NCBI RefSeq assembly: GCF_000284455.1 | Contig: NC_017039.1 | Coordinates: forward strand, 900,001 to 932,000 | Direction of reading: 5' to 3' | DNA: 32,000 nt | From: Synechocystis sp. PCC 6803 substr. PCC-P | GTDB lineage: Bacteria; Cyanobacteriota; Cyanobacteriia; Cyanobacteriales; Microcystaceae | Part shown: positions 15,976 through 25,670 of the stretch, piece by piece | How positions within the stretch are numbered: the first letter of the stretch is position 1 | How the letters are laid out: the number at the start of each line of letters is the position of its first letter | Program-made: the position numbers and the translations under genes | Notes under the pieces: generated by a model | Database searches by the model: none | The model's input: only the letters and a program-made list of their open reading frames with translations | Told to the model about the DNA's origin: nothing

Positions 15976-17601
15976 ATGGCTAAATCCATCATTTACAATG
16001 ACGAAGCTCGCCGTGCCCTAGAGCGGGGCATGGACATTCTGGCGGAAGCCGTTGCCGTTACCCTCGGCCCTAAAGGTCGTAACGTGGTGCTCGAGAAGAA
16101 ATTTGGCTCTCCCCAAATTATTAACGACGGGATCACGATTGCCAAAGAGATTGAACTGGAAGACCATGTAGAAAATACTGGGGTTTCCTTAATTCGCCAA
16201 GCGGCTTCTAAAACCAATGATGTGGCTGGGGATGGTACCACCACCGCTACGGTTTTGGCCCACGCCATTGTTAAAGAAGGTTTACGCAACGTGGCCGCTG
16301 GTGCCAACCCCATTTCCCTCAAGCGGGGTATTGATAAGGCCACTGATTTCCTCGTTGCTCGGATTAAAGAGCATGCCCAACCCGTGGGAGATTCCAAGGC
16401 GATCGCCCAGGTGGGAGCCATTTCCGCCGGTAACGACGAAGAAGTTGGCCAAATGATTGCCAATGCCATGGATAAAGTCGGCCAAGAAGGGGTTATTTCC
16501 CTCGAAGAAGGCAAATCCATGACCACCGAGTTGGAAATCACCGAAGGGATGCGCTTCGATAAGGGTTATATCTCCCCTTACTTCGTCACCGATGCGGAAC
16601 GGATGGAAGCTGTCCTGGAAGATCCCCGCATTTTGATCACTGACAAAAAAATCAACTTGGTGCAAGACCTGGTGCCCATCCTTGAACAAGTGGCCCGTCA
16701 AGGTAAGCCCCTGTTGATCATTGCCGAAGATATTGAAAAAGAAGCTTTGGCTACCCTCGTAGTTAACCGTCTCCGGGGTGTGTTGAATGTGGCCGCTGTG
16801 AAAGCCCCCGGCTTTGGCGATCGCCGTAAACAAATGTTAGAAGACATTGCCACCCTCACCGGCGGTCAAGTAATCAGCGAAGATGCTGGTCTGAAACTGG
16901 AAAGCGCCACTGTGGATAGCCTCGGTTCTGCCCGTCGCATCAACATCACCAAAGACAACACCACCATTGTGGCCGAAGGCAACGAAGCCGCCGTTAAGTC
17001 CCGCTGTGAGCAAATCCGTCGCCAGATCGAAGAAACCGATTCTAGCTACGACAAAGAAAAACTCCAAGAGCGCTTGGCTAAATTGGCCGGTGGTGTAGCG
17101 GTAATCAAAGTCGGTGCTGCTACCGAAACCGAAATGAAAGACCGTAAACTCCGCCTGGAAGATGCCATCAATGCCACCAAAGCCGCTGTGGAAGAAGGTA
17201 TTGTTCCCGGTGGTGGTACCACCCTGGCCCACTTGGCTCCCCAATTGGAAGACTGGGCCACTGGCAACCTCAAAGATGAAGAGTTAACCGGTGCCCTGAT
17301 TGTAGCCCGGGCTCTGCCTGCTCCCCTCAAACGGATTGCCGAAAACGCCGGTCAAAACGGTGCGGTTATCTCCGAGCGAGTCAAAGAGAAGGAGTTCAAC
17401 GTTGGTTACAATGCCGCTAGCCTGGAATATGTAGATATGCTGGCCGCTGGCATTGTTGACCCTGCCAAAGTGACCCGTTCCGCTCTGCAAAATGCCGCTT
17501 CCATCGCTGGCATGGTATTGACCACCGAATGCATTGTTGTGGACAAACCTGAAAAAGAAAAAGCCCCCGCTGGTGCCCCCGGTGGTGACTTCGACTACTA
17601 A
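15976..17601 (+). CDS. groEL: Chaperonin GroEL (Cpn60, groESL-operon copy)
   Basis: The 541-aa product has [25 protein letters not shown] and GGGTTL. The C-terminus is ...PGGDFDY rather than a GGM repeat. Confidence 0.98.
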   Translation: MAKSIIYNDEARRALERGMDILAEAVAVTLGPKGRNVVLEKKFGSPQIINDGITIAKEIELEDHVENTGVSLIRQAASKTNDVAGDGTTTATVLAHAIVKEGLRNVAAGANPISLKRGIDKATDFLVARIKEHAQPVGDSKAIAQVGAISAGNDEEVGQMIANAMDKVGQEGVISLEEGKSMTTELEITEGMRFDKGYISPYFVTDAERMEAVLEDPRILITDKKINLVQDLVPILEQVARQGKPLLIIAEDIEKEALATLVVNRLRGVLNVAAVKAPGFGDRRKQMLEDIATLTGGQVISEDAGLKLESATVDSLGSARRINITKDNTTIVAEGNEAAVKSRCEQIRRQIEETDSSYDKEKLQERLAKLAGGVAVIKVGAATETEMKDRKLRLEDAINATKAAVEEGIVPGGGTTLAHLAPQLEDWATGNLKDEELTGALIVARALPAPLKRIAENAGQNGAVISERVKEKEFNVGYNAASLEYVDMLAAGIVDPAKVTRSALQNAASIAGMVLTTECIVVDKPEKEKAPAGAPGGDFDY

Positions 17602-17639
17602 GGTTTAGTGACCGACTAACACTTTTCTCATAAAATCCC

Positions 17640-17666
17640 AGGGAGGTTTCGGCCTCCCTTTTTTTC
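17640..17666 (+). terminator. Rho-independent terminator of groESL
   Basis: AGGGAGG (17640-17646) pairs with CCTCCCT (17653-17659) around a 6-nt loop. A run of seven T follows, ending at 17665. Confidence 0.7.
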
Positions 17667-18070
17667 ACTTGCTAAGCTCTCTTTCGTTTGATCAAATCGT
17701 CGGCAGTTTAGGCCTAGGAGAGACAAAATTCAGGCTTAGGATCCCCTCAAAAAATTTAGCTGCCCTAACTGAAAAAGTAACATTGCCACTACAAGTCCCT
17801 GGTTTTGGCTCCGGTCATGGGGGAGGCAAATAGAACTTTTGTTTACCTAATTTATCAGAAGTAAAGCCTAGGGAAACGAGATTATTCCCGGGCCCAGTCA
17901 AAATAAAAAATTGGCTAAAATCCCTATTAGAGCGACTAGGTTTTGCAATTCCCGTTGTGAGAGTTGTTAGAATAGTTCCGCCTCAAGCAATCAGAGCAGA
18001 ACTTTTTCCCTTTGGCTAAATTTTTCCCAATTCCACTGCATTTGCCAAAGACAAGAGCAGTTCCCCGTTA

Positions 18071-20269
18071 ATGAATGGTATTCACCGTTGGCTTTTCCGT
18101 TTAAGCATTATCATCCAGTTGCTCTGGGGTTCGGCGCCGGTAACTGGAACCCAGGTGGTGCGGATCGGAGTTTATGAAAATCAACCAAAGATTTTTCTCA
18201 ATGATCAAAATAGGCCAGTGGGCTTTTGGATTGACGTAATCGAGGCGATCGCCGCTGCGGAGAATTGGCAAATTGAATACCACCTTTGTGAATGGCAAGC
18301 CTGTTTGCAAAAGCTAGAGGCAGGGAAAATAGATCTAATGCCCGACGTAGCAGTCAATCCTGAAAGAGCAAAAAAGTTTCAATTTAATCAAGAAGTAGTT
18401 CTAAACAGTTGGTCAATTATTTATGCTGCGAACAATGCCAATATCAATTCTATTATTGATCTAGAAGGAAAAAGAATAGTAGTTTTAAAAAATAGTGTTC
18501 AAGAAAAGAATTTGATTAAGCGTTTGGCTGAACTAAAAATAAAAGCAGAAATAATTCAAGTTGACTCATTTTCGGAGCTGTTTAAAAAAATAGATGCAGG
18601 GGAAGCCGATGCTGGAGCGGTTAATTACTTTTTTGGTAACCGTTTCAGCCATCAACATAGGGTACGTCCGACCAATATGGTTGTTGACACTTCCCAATTA
18701 TTTTTTGCTGCTTCTCGCCAAACTAATCCAGCTATTTTACGTAATATTGATGAACAAGTAAATTTACTAAAAGCGGATACTGATTCCATTTATTATGAAT
18801 CTCAAAAACGATGGTTATTTAATAACCCGTTATTGACCATACAAAATCTCCGCGCCATTATCCATCGGCTGATTATAATTTTTATTATCGTCACCGTTGC
18901 TATTGTTATTATTTGGAATTATCGTTTACAAAAAGAAATTAAATTAAGAAAAGCTAGCCAAAATCAACTTTCCTACCAAGCTCTTCATGATACTTTAACA
19001 GGTTTGGCTAACCGAGCCTTGTTACTCCAAAGGTTGGAATTTGCTGGCCACCAAATCAAAAACAATCCAAAATCTCGATTTGCTCTTCTTTTCATTGATT
19101 TAGATCATTTCAAATTAATTAATGATAGTTGGGGCCATTCCGTTGGAGATGCTCTCTTAATTAAGATCGCAGAAAAACTACAAATTAACTTAAGGGAAAC
19201 AGATTTAGCTGTCCGTTTAGGGGGAGATGAGTTTGTGATTTTTTTAGAAAGTATTACGGAAATTAAACAGGCGATCGATGTTGCAGAACGGATTCTTATC
19301 CACTTACGTTTGCCCGTGCAAATTCAAGCCAAAGAACTATTTGTTAAAGCTAGTATTGGCATTGTCATTGGTAGTATTCATTACTATGAACCTGAAAGGC
19401 TGATAAGGGATGCAGATATTGCTATGTATCAAGCTAAAAATAATGGGCGCAACCAGTACGCTGTTTTTGATCCTTCCATGCACCAAACAATTTTAGAACG
19501 CTTAAGTTTGGAGCATGATTTTCGCAAAGCCTTAGAACAAGAAACACTAGAGTTATATTATCAGCCTATAATTTCTTTAGTTAATGATAGACTACAAGGG
19601 TTTGAAGCTCTTATACGTTGGCAACATCCTGAAAAAGGTTATATTAATCCAGAGCAATTAATTGCGATCGCCGAAGAAACTGGACTAATTATCATCCTTG
19701 GACAATGGATTATGCAGCAAGCTTGCCAACAAATTGCCCAATGGAGAGAAATTACTAATGATGATAAAATCTATGTCAGTATTAATCTTTCCCCTAATCA
19801 AATTTGTCGTCCCCTTTTTGTAGAAGAAATTGAAAACATATTACAAACAACAAAGCTTGATGGTGATGCCTTGGTGCTAGAAATAACAGAAGGAGTTTTA
19901 ATTCAACACTTAGAAATAGTAGCAGAATGCCTTAAAAAAATAAAATCTCACGGAATCAAAATTAGCATTGATGACTTTGGGACTGGTTATTCTTCTCTCA
20001 GTTACTTATATCGATTACCAGTAAATTACTTAAAAATTGATCGTTCCTTTATTAATCAAATAACAGAAGATTCTCCGTCCCAATCCATTGTTAAAACTAT
20101 TATTACCCTTGGGGATTTACTGGATATTCAAACTGTAGCAGAAGGTGTTGAAACAAACGATCAGTTAAATTTACTTAAAAAAATGGGCTGTGGCTTGGGG
20201 CAAGGTTATTTCTGGTCTGAACCGATGACAGTTAGGGAAATTGATTGTTTCCTGGACTGTATTGTCTAA
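18071..20269 (+). CDS. Membrane-anchored periplasmic solute-binding (SBP_bac_3-like) sensor fused to GGDEF and EAL domains (c-di-GMP turnover protein)
   Basis: The 732-aa product has a signal or anchor segment followed by a ~230-aa PBP-like region (VRIGVYENQPKIF...). A TM segment (IIHRLIIIFIIVTVAIVIIW) comes next. The GGDEF domain has an intact RLGGDEF and an RETD I-site 5 residues upstream. The EAL domain has EALIRW, NLSP, EITE, DDFGTGYSS, KIDRSF, AEGVET and GQGYF. Confidence 0.9.
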   Translation: MNGIHRWLFRLSIIIQLLWGSAPVTGTQVVRIGVYENQPKIFLNDQNRPVGFWIDVIEAIAAAENWQIEYHLCEWQACLQKLEAGKIDLMPDVAVNPERAKKFQFNQEVVLNSWSIIYAANNANINSIIDLEGKRIVVLKNSVQEKNLIKRLAELKIKAEIIQVDSFSELFKKIDAGEADAGAVNYFFGNRFSHQHRVRPTNMVVDTSQLFFAASRQTNPAILRNIDEQVNLLKADTDSIYYESQKRWLFNNPLLTIQNLRAIIHRLIIIFIIVTVAIVIIWNYRLQKEIKLRKASQNQLSYQALHDTLTGLANRALLLQRLEFAGHQIKNNPKSRFALLFIDLDHFKLINDSWGHSVGDALLIKIAEKLQINLRETDLAVRLGGDEFVIFLESITEIKQAIDVAERILIHLRLPVQIQAKELFVKASIGIVIGSIHYYEPERLIRDADIAMYQAKNNGRNQYAVFDPSMHQTILERLSLEHDFRKALEQETLELYYQPIISLVNDRLQGFEALIRWQHPEKGYINPEQLIAIAEETGLIIILGQWIMQQACQQIAQWREITNDDKIYVSINLSPNQICRPLFVEEIENILQTTKLDGDALVLEITEGVLIQHLEIVAECLKKIKSHGIKISIDDFGTGYSSLSYLYRLPVNYLKIDRSFINQITEDSPSQSIVKTIITLGDLLDIQTVAEGVETNDQLNLLKKMGCGLGQGYFWSEPMTVREIDCFLDCIV

Positions 20270-20585
20270 GTAAAAAATAAATCAGCTCTACTATCTAAAT
20301 TTTAATTTTATTGACTACAGCACTAAACAATAGTGTAGATTAAAACAAAAGTTTTTACTAAAAATTTTGTTTGCTTAATGAAATGTACCTGTAACAGAAC
20401 CAACTTTGCCTTTTCTAACGGACATCCTTCACCTGTAAAAATAACTCTCTTGTTATTGCTATGCCATCAAATGCGCTGTCGTTACTGCAATCGTAAAAGA
20501 ACAGTTTTTCTGCCCTATTTTTGGCTCACCATGTTGTTCGAGCTTAAAATTAATTAGATCTTTGTCGGTGAAATAATCCAGAGCC

Positions 20586-21170
20586 ATGTGGCATCTTCCT
20601 CCCAGTAATTTGCAGAAATGGCATCTATGCCAAAGCCAGATGGTGCTAAACAATCCTTGGTGCCGGGTTCGTCGGGATACGGTGCAATTGCCCAATGGGA
20701 CTTTGATCGATGACTACTTCGTCAATATGCGGCCAGAAATTGTGATGGTTTTGGCCCTAACCCCCCAACAGGAAATTATTTTTGTGCGGCAGTATCGCCA
20801 TGGAGTGCAGGAAATTTTATTAGAATTACCTGCCGGTACTTTTTTCCCCGACCAGGAAAGCCCCACTGCTGCTATTCGCCGGGAATTAGAAGAAGAAACT
20901 GGTTACCAGATTACCAATTTGCTCAACTTAGGTTGTATTTATGATAATCCCGTCAAAGATCAATCCCGTCTCCATCTTTTCCTTGCCCCAGATGTGACTC
21001 CCACGGGAAAAAAAGCTTGGGATATAACGGAAGAAATTGAGATGGTGTTAATGCCGATCGCCGTGGTACGGGAGCAGATTTTTTCCGGAAAAATTAGGGT
21101 AGCAGGTAGTTTAGCGGCTCTGTTACTTGGCCTAGAGAAACTATCCAGTCTTCATTTTCCCTTACACTAA
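20586..21170 (+). CDS. NUDIX hydrolase (ADP-ribose pyrophosphatase-like)
   Basis: The Nudix box is AGTFFPDQESPTAAIRRELEEETGY (E-x7-RE-L-EEE-TG-Y). The N-terminal W...NPW..VRRD.V.LPNG pattern is typical of NudF-like enzymes. Confidence 0.8.
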   Translation: MWHLPPSNLQKWHLCQSQMVLNNPWCRVRRDTVQLPNGTLIDDYFVNMRPEIVMVLALTPQQEIIFVRQYRHGVQEILLELPAGTFFPDQESPTAAIRRELEEETGYQITNLLNLGCIYDNPVKDQSRLHLFLAPDVTPTGKKAWDITEEIEMVLMPIAVVREQIFSGKIRVAGSLAALLLGLEKLSSLHFPLH

Positions 21171-21196
21171 GGGTTTAAGGCTACTTGTGCCGAGGT

Positions 21197-21781
21197 TTAA
21201 CTCAATTTACCGAAGGGCTGACCCCACCAGCGCCAACATTCTTTGTTAAAAGGCGATCGCCATTTGAGAATTAACTCCTTTTCCCAGGCAAGGAGGGTTT
21301 TCTTTTCCGGGGGCACATGGGGCCAAAAAGACGCCACCACTTCCACTTCTAATTCATAGCGGCGGTGTAGTTCGATATAGCTCAAAATATAGTCCTTACA
21401 ATCGTGGGTGCCCTGCCAACGTTGGTCTGCTGTCAATTTGGTTTCCCCCACGTAAAGCAATAATGGCCAACGGCGATCGAGGATGAAATATAAACAACCT
21501 TGATTTTCCCCGGTTATATTGGCTGAATCCTTGCCCTGTCGCCAAAACAGGGAAGACTGTTGGGGCAAAGTAAATGGGTCAATTTCGTCGGCATGGTGCC
21601 AACTGGTGACCGGGGCATCAAACAGCGAAATTTGCTGGGGTTGGCCAGTTTTCCGTTGACTCTGTTGATATTGGTGAATTTTTTCCTGCCAATCTTCCAA
21701 ACCCTGGCGATCGAGCAGCAATTTTGGCTCCCGCTTGACTCGATAGCTTGAGGGAGCATCAAACAGTTTTAGCTGTTCCAA
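21197..21781 (-). CDS. Hypothetical protein with C-terminal GIY-YIG-like nuclease domain and three N-terminal QxxLF motifs
   Basis: The 194-aa ORF starts 22 nt downstream of the aroC stop. The C-terminal half reads GCLYFILDRRWPLLLYVGETKLTADQRWQGTH...EKELILKWRSPFNKE, matching GIY-x11-YVG, Arg/His, and Glu...Asn of the GIY-YIG fold. This is a by-eye assignment. Confidence 0.65.
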   Translation of the reverse strand: MEQLKLFDAPSSYRVKREPKLLLDRQGLEDWQEKIHQYQQSQRKTGQPQQISLFDAPVTSWHHADEIDPFTLPQQSSLFWRQGKDSANITGENQGCLYFILDRRWPLLLYVGETKLTADQRWQGTHDCKDYILSYIELHRRYELEVEVVASFWPHVPPEKKTLLAWEKELILKWRSPFNKECWRWWGQPFGKLS

Positions 21782-21803
21782 AATACTTTCCTAACCTAGG
21801 GTT

Positions 21804-22892
21804 TTATAAAGTTTTACACTGGGCTTGGAATCGCAACAAATGGTCACAAAGTACTAATGCAGCCATCGCTTCCACCATGGGCACAGCCCGGGGCAAAACG
21901 CAGGGATCATGGCGACCTTTAGCGGCTAAGGTGGTTTCCTCCCCAATGTTACTAACGGTTTTTTGCTCTTGACCAATGGTGGCAGTAGGTTTAAATGCTA
22001 TGCGCATAATAATGGGTTCGCCGTTGCTGATGCCTCCCTGAACCCCCCCAGAACGGTTGGTGCGAGTACGCCATTCCCCCGCTTCATCCAGGTAGTACTC
22101 ATCATTATGTTGACTACCAGTCAGTAAAGTACCGGCAAAACCAGAGCCAAACTCAAACCCCTTGGTAGCGGGGAGGGACATCATTGCCTTGGCCAAATCC
22201 GCTTCCAACTTATCAAACACTGGTTCCCCCAACCCCTTGGGAGCGTTACGGATCGCACATTCCACCACCCCGCCAATGGAGTCTTTTTGTCGTAGCACCT
22301 GGTCAATGCGTTCAATCATTTTTTCGGCACATTCTTCATCGGGACAACGAACAATATTGCTTTCCACTTGCTCCAAGGTCACCGTATTGCTGTCCACCGT
22401 CGCCTCAATGTCTTGGATACTTTTCACATAGGCCACAATTTCCACCCCGTTAAACTGGGCCAGAATCTTTTTGGCGATCGCCCCTGCGGCCACCCGGCCA
22501 ATGGTTTCCCTAGCAGAAGAGCGACCTCCTCCTTGCCAATTGCGAATGCCATATTTCGCTTCATAGGTGGCATCGGCGTGGGAAGGACGATATTTCACCG
22601 CCATCTCATTGTAATCCTGGGAACGGGCATCCTTATTTCGCACCAAAATGGCGATCGGTGTACCCAGAGTTTTACCCTCGAACACGCCAGAGAGAATTTC
22701 GCATTGATCTGCTTCCTTACGAGGGGTGGTAATTTTGCTCTGTCCTGGCCGCCGCCGGTCTAGGTCTACTTGGATTTCCTCTGGGGAAATTTCCAATCGG
22801 GGAGGGCAACCATCAATAATTACCCCCACGCCGCCCCCATGGGACTCACCGAAGGTGGTAATGCGAAATAAACTGCCAAACGTGTTTCCCAT
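21804..22892 (-). CDS. aroC: Chorismate synthase
   Basis: The 362-aa product has [35 protein letters not shown] and [10 protein letters not shown], among other conserved segments. Confidence 0.97.
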   Translation of the reverse strand: MGNTFGSLFRITTFGESHGGGVGVIIDGCPPRLEISPEEIQVDLDRRRPGQSKITTPRKEADQCEILSGVFEGKTLGTPIAILVRNKDARSQDYNEMAVKYRPSHADATYEAKYGIRNWQGGGRSSARETIGRVAAGAIAKKILAQFNGVEIVAYVKSIQDIEATVDSNTVTLEQVESNIVRCPDEECAEKMIERIDQVLRQKDSIGGVVECAIRNAPKGLGEPVFDKLEADLAKAMMSLPATKGFEFGSGFAGTLLTGSQHNDEYYLDEAGEWRTRTNRSGGVQGGISNGEPIIMRIAFKPTATIGQEQKTVSNIGEETTLAAKGRHDPCVLPRAVPMVEAMAALVLCDHLLRFQAQCKTL

Positions 22893-22951
22893 AAAATAAC
22901 CAATGCTGACTGACCAGTCTCTTATTTTAAGTATTTTTTGGAACGAGGCAT

Positions 22952-22988
22952 AGATAAAAATAAACGGGCCAAGGAAATATCCTAGCCC
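22952..22988 (-). terminator. Candidate rho-independent terminator after rplL
   Basis: On the minus strand GGGCTAGGA-TATT-TCCTTGGCCC (complement of 22966-22988) forms a ~9-bp stem with one bulged T. It is followed by GTTTATTTTTATC. Confidence 0.45.
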
Positions 22989-23098
22989 GAAAAAGAAATT
23001 ATTGGGAATTGGAGTCTAATAATTTAGCTTCCAAAAAAAGTGAACAGAAAGTAAATGACCGGCTAAATAATTAGGCAAATAGCAAATATGCCAAACGA

Positions 23099-23485
23099 TT
23101 ATTTAACAGCGGCTTTACCACCAGCTTCTTCGATTTGTTTTTTGATGGCTTCAGCATCATCTTTACCGGTAGCTTCTTTGATGGCTTTGGGGGTGGATTC
23201 CACCAATTCTTTGGCTTCTTTCAGACCCAAACCGGTGATGGTGCGGACAACTTTCAGCACAGCAATTTTCTTGTCGGCAGGAACTTCTTCGAGGATAACG
23301 TCGAATTCAGTTTTTTCCTCAGCGGCTTCGGCGGGGGCAGCGGCAGCGGCGGCCATAACCATGCCACCAACGGGGGCAGCGGCGCTAACACCAAAAGCTT
23401 CTTCGATTTGTTTAACTAACTCGGAAGCTTCCAACAAGGAAAGACTTTTTAACTGTTCTAAAATTTGATCGGTTGCAGCGGACAT
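23099..23485 (-). CDS. rplL: 50S ribosomal protein L7/L12
   Basis: The 128-aa product reads ...[26 protein letters not shown]..., followed by an Ala-rich hinge and then [24 protein letters not shown]. Confidence 0.97.
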   Translation of the reverse strand: MSAATDQILEQLKSLSLLEASELVKQIEEAFGVSAAAPVGGMVMAAAAAAPAEAAEEKTEFDVILEEVPADKKIAVLKVVRTITGLGLKEAKELVESTPKAIKEATGKDDAEAIKKQIEEAGGKAAVK

Positions 23486-23572
23486 AGAAATGACTCCTAT
23501 AGGTAAGTAGGTTAAATCTGATTAGACAAACCAAAAACAAATGACTTTGGGGTGAACAGGGTGAAAACAACC

Positions 23573-24094
23573 CTATTCTTTGTCCACATGGGCTTGGAGA
23601 CCACGGGCCACGGAAGCTGGAACTTCTTTGATGCCCAGGGCAATCTTGGTAGCCAGGGCATTGATGCCGCCGGCAATTTGACCCATAAGTTGCTCTTTGG
23701 AAGGCAAATCACCGATCGCCTCCACGTCAGCTTGGGTTAGGCTTTTTCCTTCTAATACCCCACCCCGTAGTTCGGTTTTTTTGGTATCTTTCTGGAATTT
23801 TTTGTAAGCCTTAATTGCGCCGCCCAGGTCTTCTTTCAAGACAAGAATAGCGGTGGTTCCCGTCAGAAATTCTTCCATGGGAGACCAGGCTTCTTGTCCT
23901 GCCAGTGCCCTACGGACAAGGGTATTTTTGGCAATCTTACAGGTTCCACCCAGGGGGCGGAGCCGGTTTCTTAAATCGGTAATTTCGGCAACGGTTAACC
24001 CTTGATAATCAATGATCACCGTCATTTGAGCGTCCTGGAATAACTCCTGAACATCACTGATTACCGTCGCTTTATTTTCTCTCGTTCTTCCCAT
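23573..24094 (-). CDS. rplJ: 50S ribosomal protein L10
   Basis: The ORF track extends to 24127. ATG at 24094 is preceded by AAGGAGG and gives MGRTRENKATVISDVQELF... (173 aa). Confidence 0.93.
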   Translation of the reverse strand: MGRTRENKATVISDVQELFQDAQMTVIIDYQGLTVAEITDLRNRLRPLGGTCKIAKNTLVRRALAGQEAWSPMEEFLTGTTAILVLKEDLGGAIKAYKKFQKDTKKTELRGGVLEGKSLTQADVEAIGDLPSKEQLMGQIAGGINALATKIALGIKEVPASVARGLQAHVDKE

Positions 24095-24140
24095 TCGGGT
24101 TTCACCTCCTTGGGGTTGGGATAGCAAGCATTAAACACAC

Positions 24141-24171
24141 AATAAAAATGCCCCTTGGCGATCGCCGGGGC
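24141..24171 (-). terminator. Intrinsic terminator/attenuator hairpin in the rplA-rplJ spacer (rplJ leader)
   Basis: The minus-strand RNA is GCCCCGGC-GAUC-GCC-AA-GGGGC (complement of 24150-24171), followed by AUUUUUAUU. The stem is built around a HIP1 palindrome. It ends about 46 nt upstream of the rplJ ATG. Confidence 0.5.
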
Positions 24172-24340
24172 TGAAGCAGAGGATCAAAAGCTGTCAAGGA
24201 AGCAAATCCCCAACAAACTCAAATCTTGATTCAGGCTTCAACCTCGGCAGGTTAATTAAGCAACCCTAATTGCTCCTGCGGTCTTTGGCATAGCCAGTTA
24301 AATAAATAGTGGCTAGAAATGACTCGGAAATTGTCGTCGC

Positions 24341-25057
24341 TTAGTTATCCTCAAACTTCAGATCGCGTAAAGCATTGATGTCTACAGGGATGGAAGGACC
24401 CATGGAACTGGACACAAATACGGTGCGCCAGAAACGACCCTTTGCCCCCGAAGGACGATTGCGGTCAATGGTCTCTTGCAGCGCTTTTAAATTCGCCAAT
24501 AAATCATCGGCGGAAAAAGAGGCCTTTCCAAACATAACATGAACGATGCCCGTACGATCAGCCCGGAATTCTAATTTTCCGGCTTTAAATTCATTTACCG
24601 CCGCGGCCAGGTCTGCGGTTACCGTTCCCCCCTTGGGAGAAGGCATGAGACCCCGGGGCCCCAATTGTTTACCCAACCGGGCAATTTTGGGCATCATATC
24701 AGGGGTGGCAATGAGCACGTCAAAGTCCATCATGCCCTTTTGAATTTCTTCAATCAATTCCTCAGAACCGGCAATGTCAGCCCCAGCATCGGTGGCCTCC
24801 TTGACCTTTTCCCCCCGGGCTAGCACGGCTACCCGTACTGTTTGCCCTGTTCCTTTGGGTAAAGAAACAGTGGTCCGAATTTGTTGGTCACTGTATTTGG
24901 GATCAATGCCCAGACGGATGTGGGCTTCGGCCGTCTCATCAAATTTGGCAGTGGCGGTTTCCTTGAGCAACTCCATGGCCTCTAACGGGCTATAGAGTTT
25001 GCTGTCATCTACCTTGGCGATCGCCGCCTGCATGCGTTTTGAAAGCTTTTTAGTCAT
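24341..25057 (-). CDS. rplA: 50S ribosomal protein L1
   Basis: The 238-aa product has ...[24 protein letters not shown]...[10 protein letters not shown]...[21 protein letters not shown]. Confidence 0.97.
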   Translation of the reverse strand: MTKKLSKRMQAAIAKVDDSKLYSPLEAMELLKETATAKFDETAEAHIRLGIDPKYSDQQIRTTVSLPKGTGQTVRVAVLARGEKVKEATDAGADIAGSEELIEEIQKGMMDFDVLIATPDMMPKIARLGKQLGPRGLMPSPKGGTVTADLAAAVNEFKAGKLEFRADRTGIVHVMFGKASFSADDLLANLKALQETIDRNRPSGAKGRFWRTVFVSSSMGPSIPVDINALRDLKFEDN

Positions 25058-25143
25058 GGATTTGGTAACTCCTTGGGTACTGGCGAAGTAGGGAACTTCT
25101 CCCCGAAATAAATGGAAAACTTATTGGGTCTAGGCCCTCAAAC

Positions 25144-25569
25144 TTAGCTGTTGACAGTAATACCCATATTGCGGGCTGTGCCTTCAATAATATTCATGGC
25201 CGCATCAATGTCGTTGGCATTAAGGTCAGGCAATTTTGTTTGGGCAATTTCCCGCAGTTGCTCCCGGGTAATGGAAGCCACTTTGTTTTTATTCGGTTCA
25301 CTAGATCCCTTTTCCACCCCAGCGGCTTTACGGATGAGCACCGAAGCAGGAGGAGTTTTGAGGATAAAGGTGAAACTACGGTCTTCAAACACCGAAATTT
25401 CCACAGGAATAATCATCCCAGGCTTATCGGCGGTCTTGGCATTGTACTCTTTGCAAAATGCCATGATATTAACCCCATGCTGACCCAAAGCGGGACCAAC
25501 GGGGGGAGCAGGGTTAGCCTTGCCAGCGGGCAGGGCCAGTTTAATCAGAGCGACGACTTTCTTGGCCAT
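25144..25569 (-). CDS. rplK: 50S ribosomal protein L11
   Basis: The 141-aa product is [44 protein letters not shown]... Confidence 0.97.
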   Translation of the reverse strand: MAKKVVALIKLALPAGKANPAPPVGPALGQHGVNIMAFCKEYNAKTADKPGMIIPVEISVFEDRSFTFILKTPPASVLIRKAAGVEKGSSEPNKNKVASITREQLREIAQTKLPDLNANDIDAAMNIIEGTARNMGITVNS

Positions 25570-25670
25570 TGCTTATGTATGTCTAAGTTAATGTGATTAG
25601 GATGTGAATTAACGGCGATCAAACCCACCGCGGGGAGCGAGAATTTACTTCCAATCTCCCACTAAAGGGT

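Noticed and set aside
15993-17668. Series of long minus-strand and alternative-frame ORFs inside groEL (for example 15993..16541, 16282..16833, 16837..17244, 17046..17330)
   Set aside because: They lie entirely within the unmistakable GroEL reading frame. Their products are low-complexity with no recognisable motifs. They are the usual shadow ORFs of a highly expressed, codon-biased gene.
20347-20369. Near-perfect A/T-only palindrome AAAAGTTTTTACTAAAAATTTT downstream of the GGDEF-EAL gene, as a possible bidirectional terminator
   Set aside because: The stem would be all A-U/G-U with a 1-3 nt loop, which is thermodynamically weak. It cannot be distinguished from low-complexity A+T-rich DNA.
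20378-20695. 59-aa Cys-containing plus-strand ORF (20378..20557, MKCTCNRTNF...) and the antisense 78-aa ORF 20459..20695 (internal start MALDYFTDKDL...) in the A+T-rich spacer before the Nudix gene
   Set aside because: The two ORFs overlap each other on opposite strands. Neither has an RBS or a recognisable fold. A+T-rich DNA yields such ORFs by chance, and the minus-strand ORF runs into the Nudix N-terminus. They would merit a look only if ribosome profiling shows footprints.
23088-23468. Plus-strand ORFs opposite rplL (126 aa and 94 aa)
   Set aside because: They are antisense shadows of the Ala/Glu/Lys-rich L7/L12 gene. The translation is Ala/Ser/Phe low-complexity sequence, and there is no start context.
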